Assembly (NCBI GenBank): GCA_963815195.1
Contig: CAWFGE010000023.1
Coordinates: forward strand, 256,001-320,000
DNA length: 64,000 nt
Direction of reading: 5' to 3'
Source of the DNA: an uncultured Planctomycetaceae bacterium
GTDB taxonomy: Bacteria; Planctomycetota; Planctomycetia; Planctomycetales; Planctomycetaceae
Under the pieces are notes generated by a model. The model searched no databases. It saw only the letters and a list, made by a program, of their open reading frames with translations, and had not been told where the DNA came from. The translations under genes and the position numbers were made by a program. Shown piece after piece: positions 63,267 to 64,000 of the stretch (positions are counted from its first letter, which is position 1; the number at the start of each line of letters is the position of its first letter).

Positions 63267-64000
63267 TCAAGGCGACTCGTAGGATTTGAGCACGCGGGTT
63301 TTTTCCGTATCGAAATCCAGCGGGAAATAGCTGGAAACCATCGTCCGCCGCTTTTCCAGGGCTGCGACGGGATCCGCCTCGTCGGCTTTGGCGGCGGCTT
63401 TGATCGAGGATTTTTCTAACGTCTTTTTCCAGCGGTCCAGAGTTTTGTCCGTCCGCACGATTTCGCCGGTGGCGTTTTTGTACTGGATCGCCGCCTGCTG
63501 GCGGGCGGAGAGCACCTGCCGGGCCTGGGCGGTCAACGACATCGCTTTCTGCTCCAAGGCCGCGTATTGCAGTTGGTAGCGGAGCAATTCCTGCTGGCGT
63601 TGTCCGAGAAGGATGTTGCGCGTATTGGCTTGACGCAGGCTTACGGCGCGGCTCCCCTGATTTTGTTGTTGAAGCTGCATGACGGTGCTCAATTGGCCGA
63701 TTTCAAATTGCGTTTGGGCGATGATCCCGCTGAGCCGCCGCGCCGCCGCGTCCAAGGCGGCATAGTCGCGCTGGAGAGTTTTGAGTTGAGTTTCGGTTTG
63801 TTTCATGTGCTTGTCGTACCAGGCCTTCCACTCGGTGGCCGATTTGCGGGCGTCGTCTTGTTTCTCATCGAGTTCTTGCTGGCGGCCGGACAGGGCCGCC
63901 GTCTTCCGGTCCGCCGATTGTTCGAGTTTCTGTTTCATCTGCTGTTGCTCTTGGTGGATCTCGTTGAACACGCGGACGTACTTTTGCCGGAGCTTCGGTT
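63267..64000 (-). CDS. Coiled-coil protein; 5' end lies outside the window
   Basis: Q/K/A-rich heptad pattern; frame open to the window edge; 54 bp upstream of HINT paralogue 2. Confidence 0.7.
   Translation of the reverse strand, partial: PKLRQKYVRVFNEIHQEQQQMKQKLEQSADRKTAALSGRQQELDEKQDDARKSATEWKAWYDKHMKQTETQLKTLQRDYAALDAAARRLSGIIAQTQFEIGQLSTVMQLQQQNQGSRAVSLRQANTRNILLGQRQQELLRYQLQYAALEQKAMSLTAQARQVLSARQQAAIQYKNATGEIVRTDKTLDRWKKTLEKSSIKAAAKADEADPVAALEKRRTMVSSYFPLDFDTEKTRVLKSYESP

Overview
A GC-rich, gene-dense window whose gene content points to a planctomycete: DUF1549/DUF1553/DUF1501 genes, two sulfatases, a YTV-repeat protein, several ECF sigma factors and a PVM-type microcompartment locus. 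Main blocks: (1) housekeeping and hydrolase genes; (2) a DUF1549/1553-DUF1501 cluster with an inserted four-helix-bundle gene, followed by an ECF sigma and an anti-sigma fused to DUF1549/1553; (3) a complete N-type ATPase operon (atpDCQRBEFAG, 19.0-25.9 kb) whose first gene overlaps the stop codon of an ECF42-like sigma factor, facing a divergent YciI/DGPF-VOC cluster, with quasi-palindromic ECF42-type promoters in between; (4) a PVM bacterial microcompartment locus (36.7-47.4 kb); (5) a Ser/Thr kinase, a TPR-SLOG-cyclase protein and two tandem secreted HEAT-repeat/HINT paralogues with swapped variable segments. Three families of short palindromic REP-like repeats and several heptamer repeat tracts lie between genes. 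Seven genes have 1-2 bp frameshifts that look like sequencing errors. No rRNA, tRNA, CRISPR array, transposase or reverse transcriptase was recognised. All family assignments come from motif recognition by eye, not from database searches.
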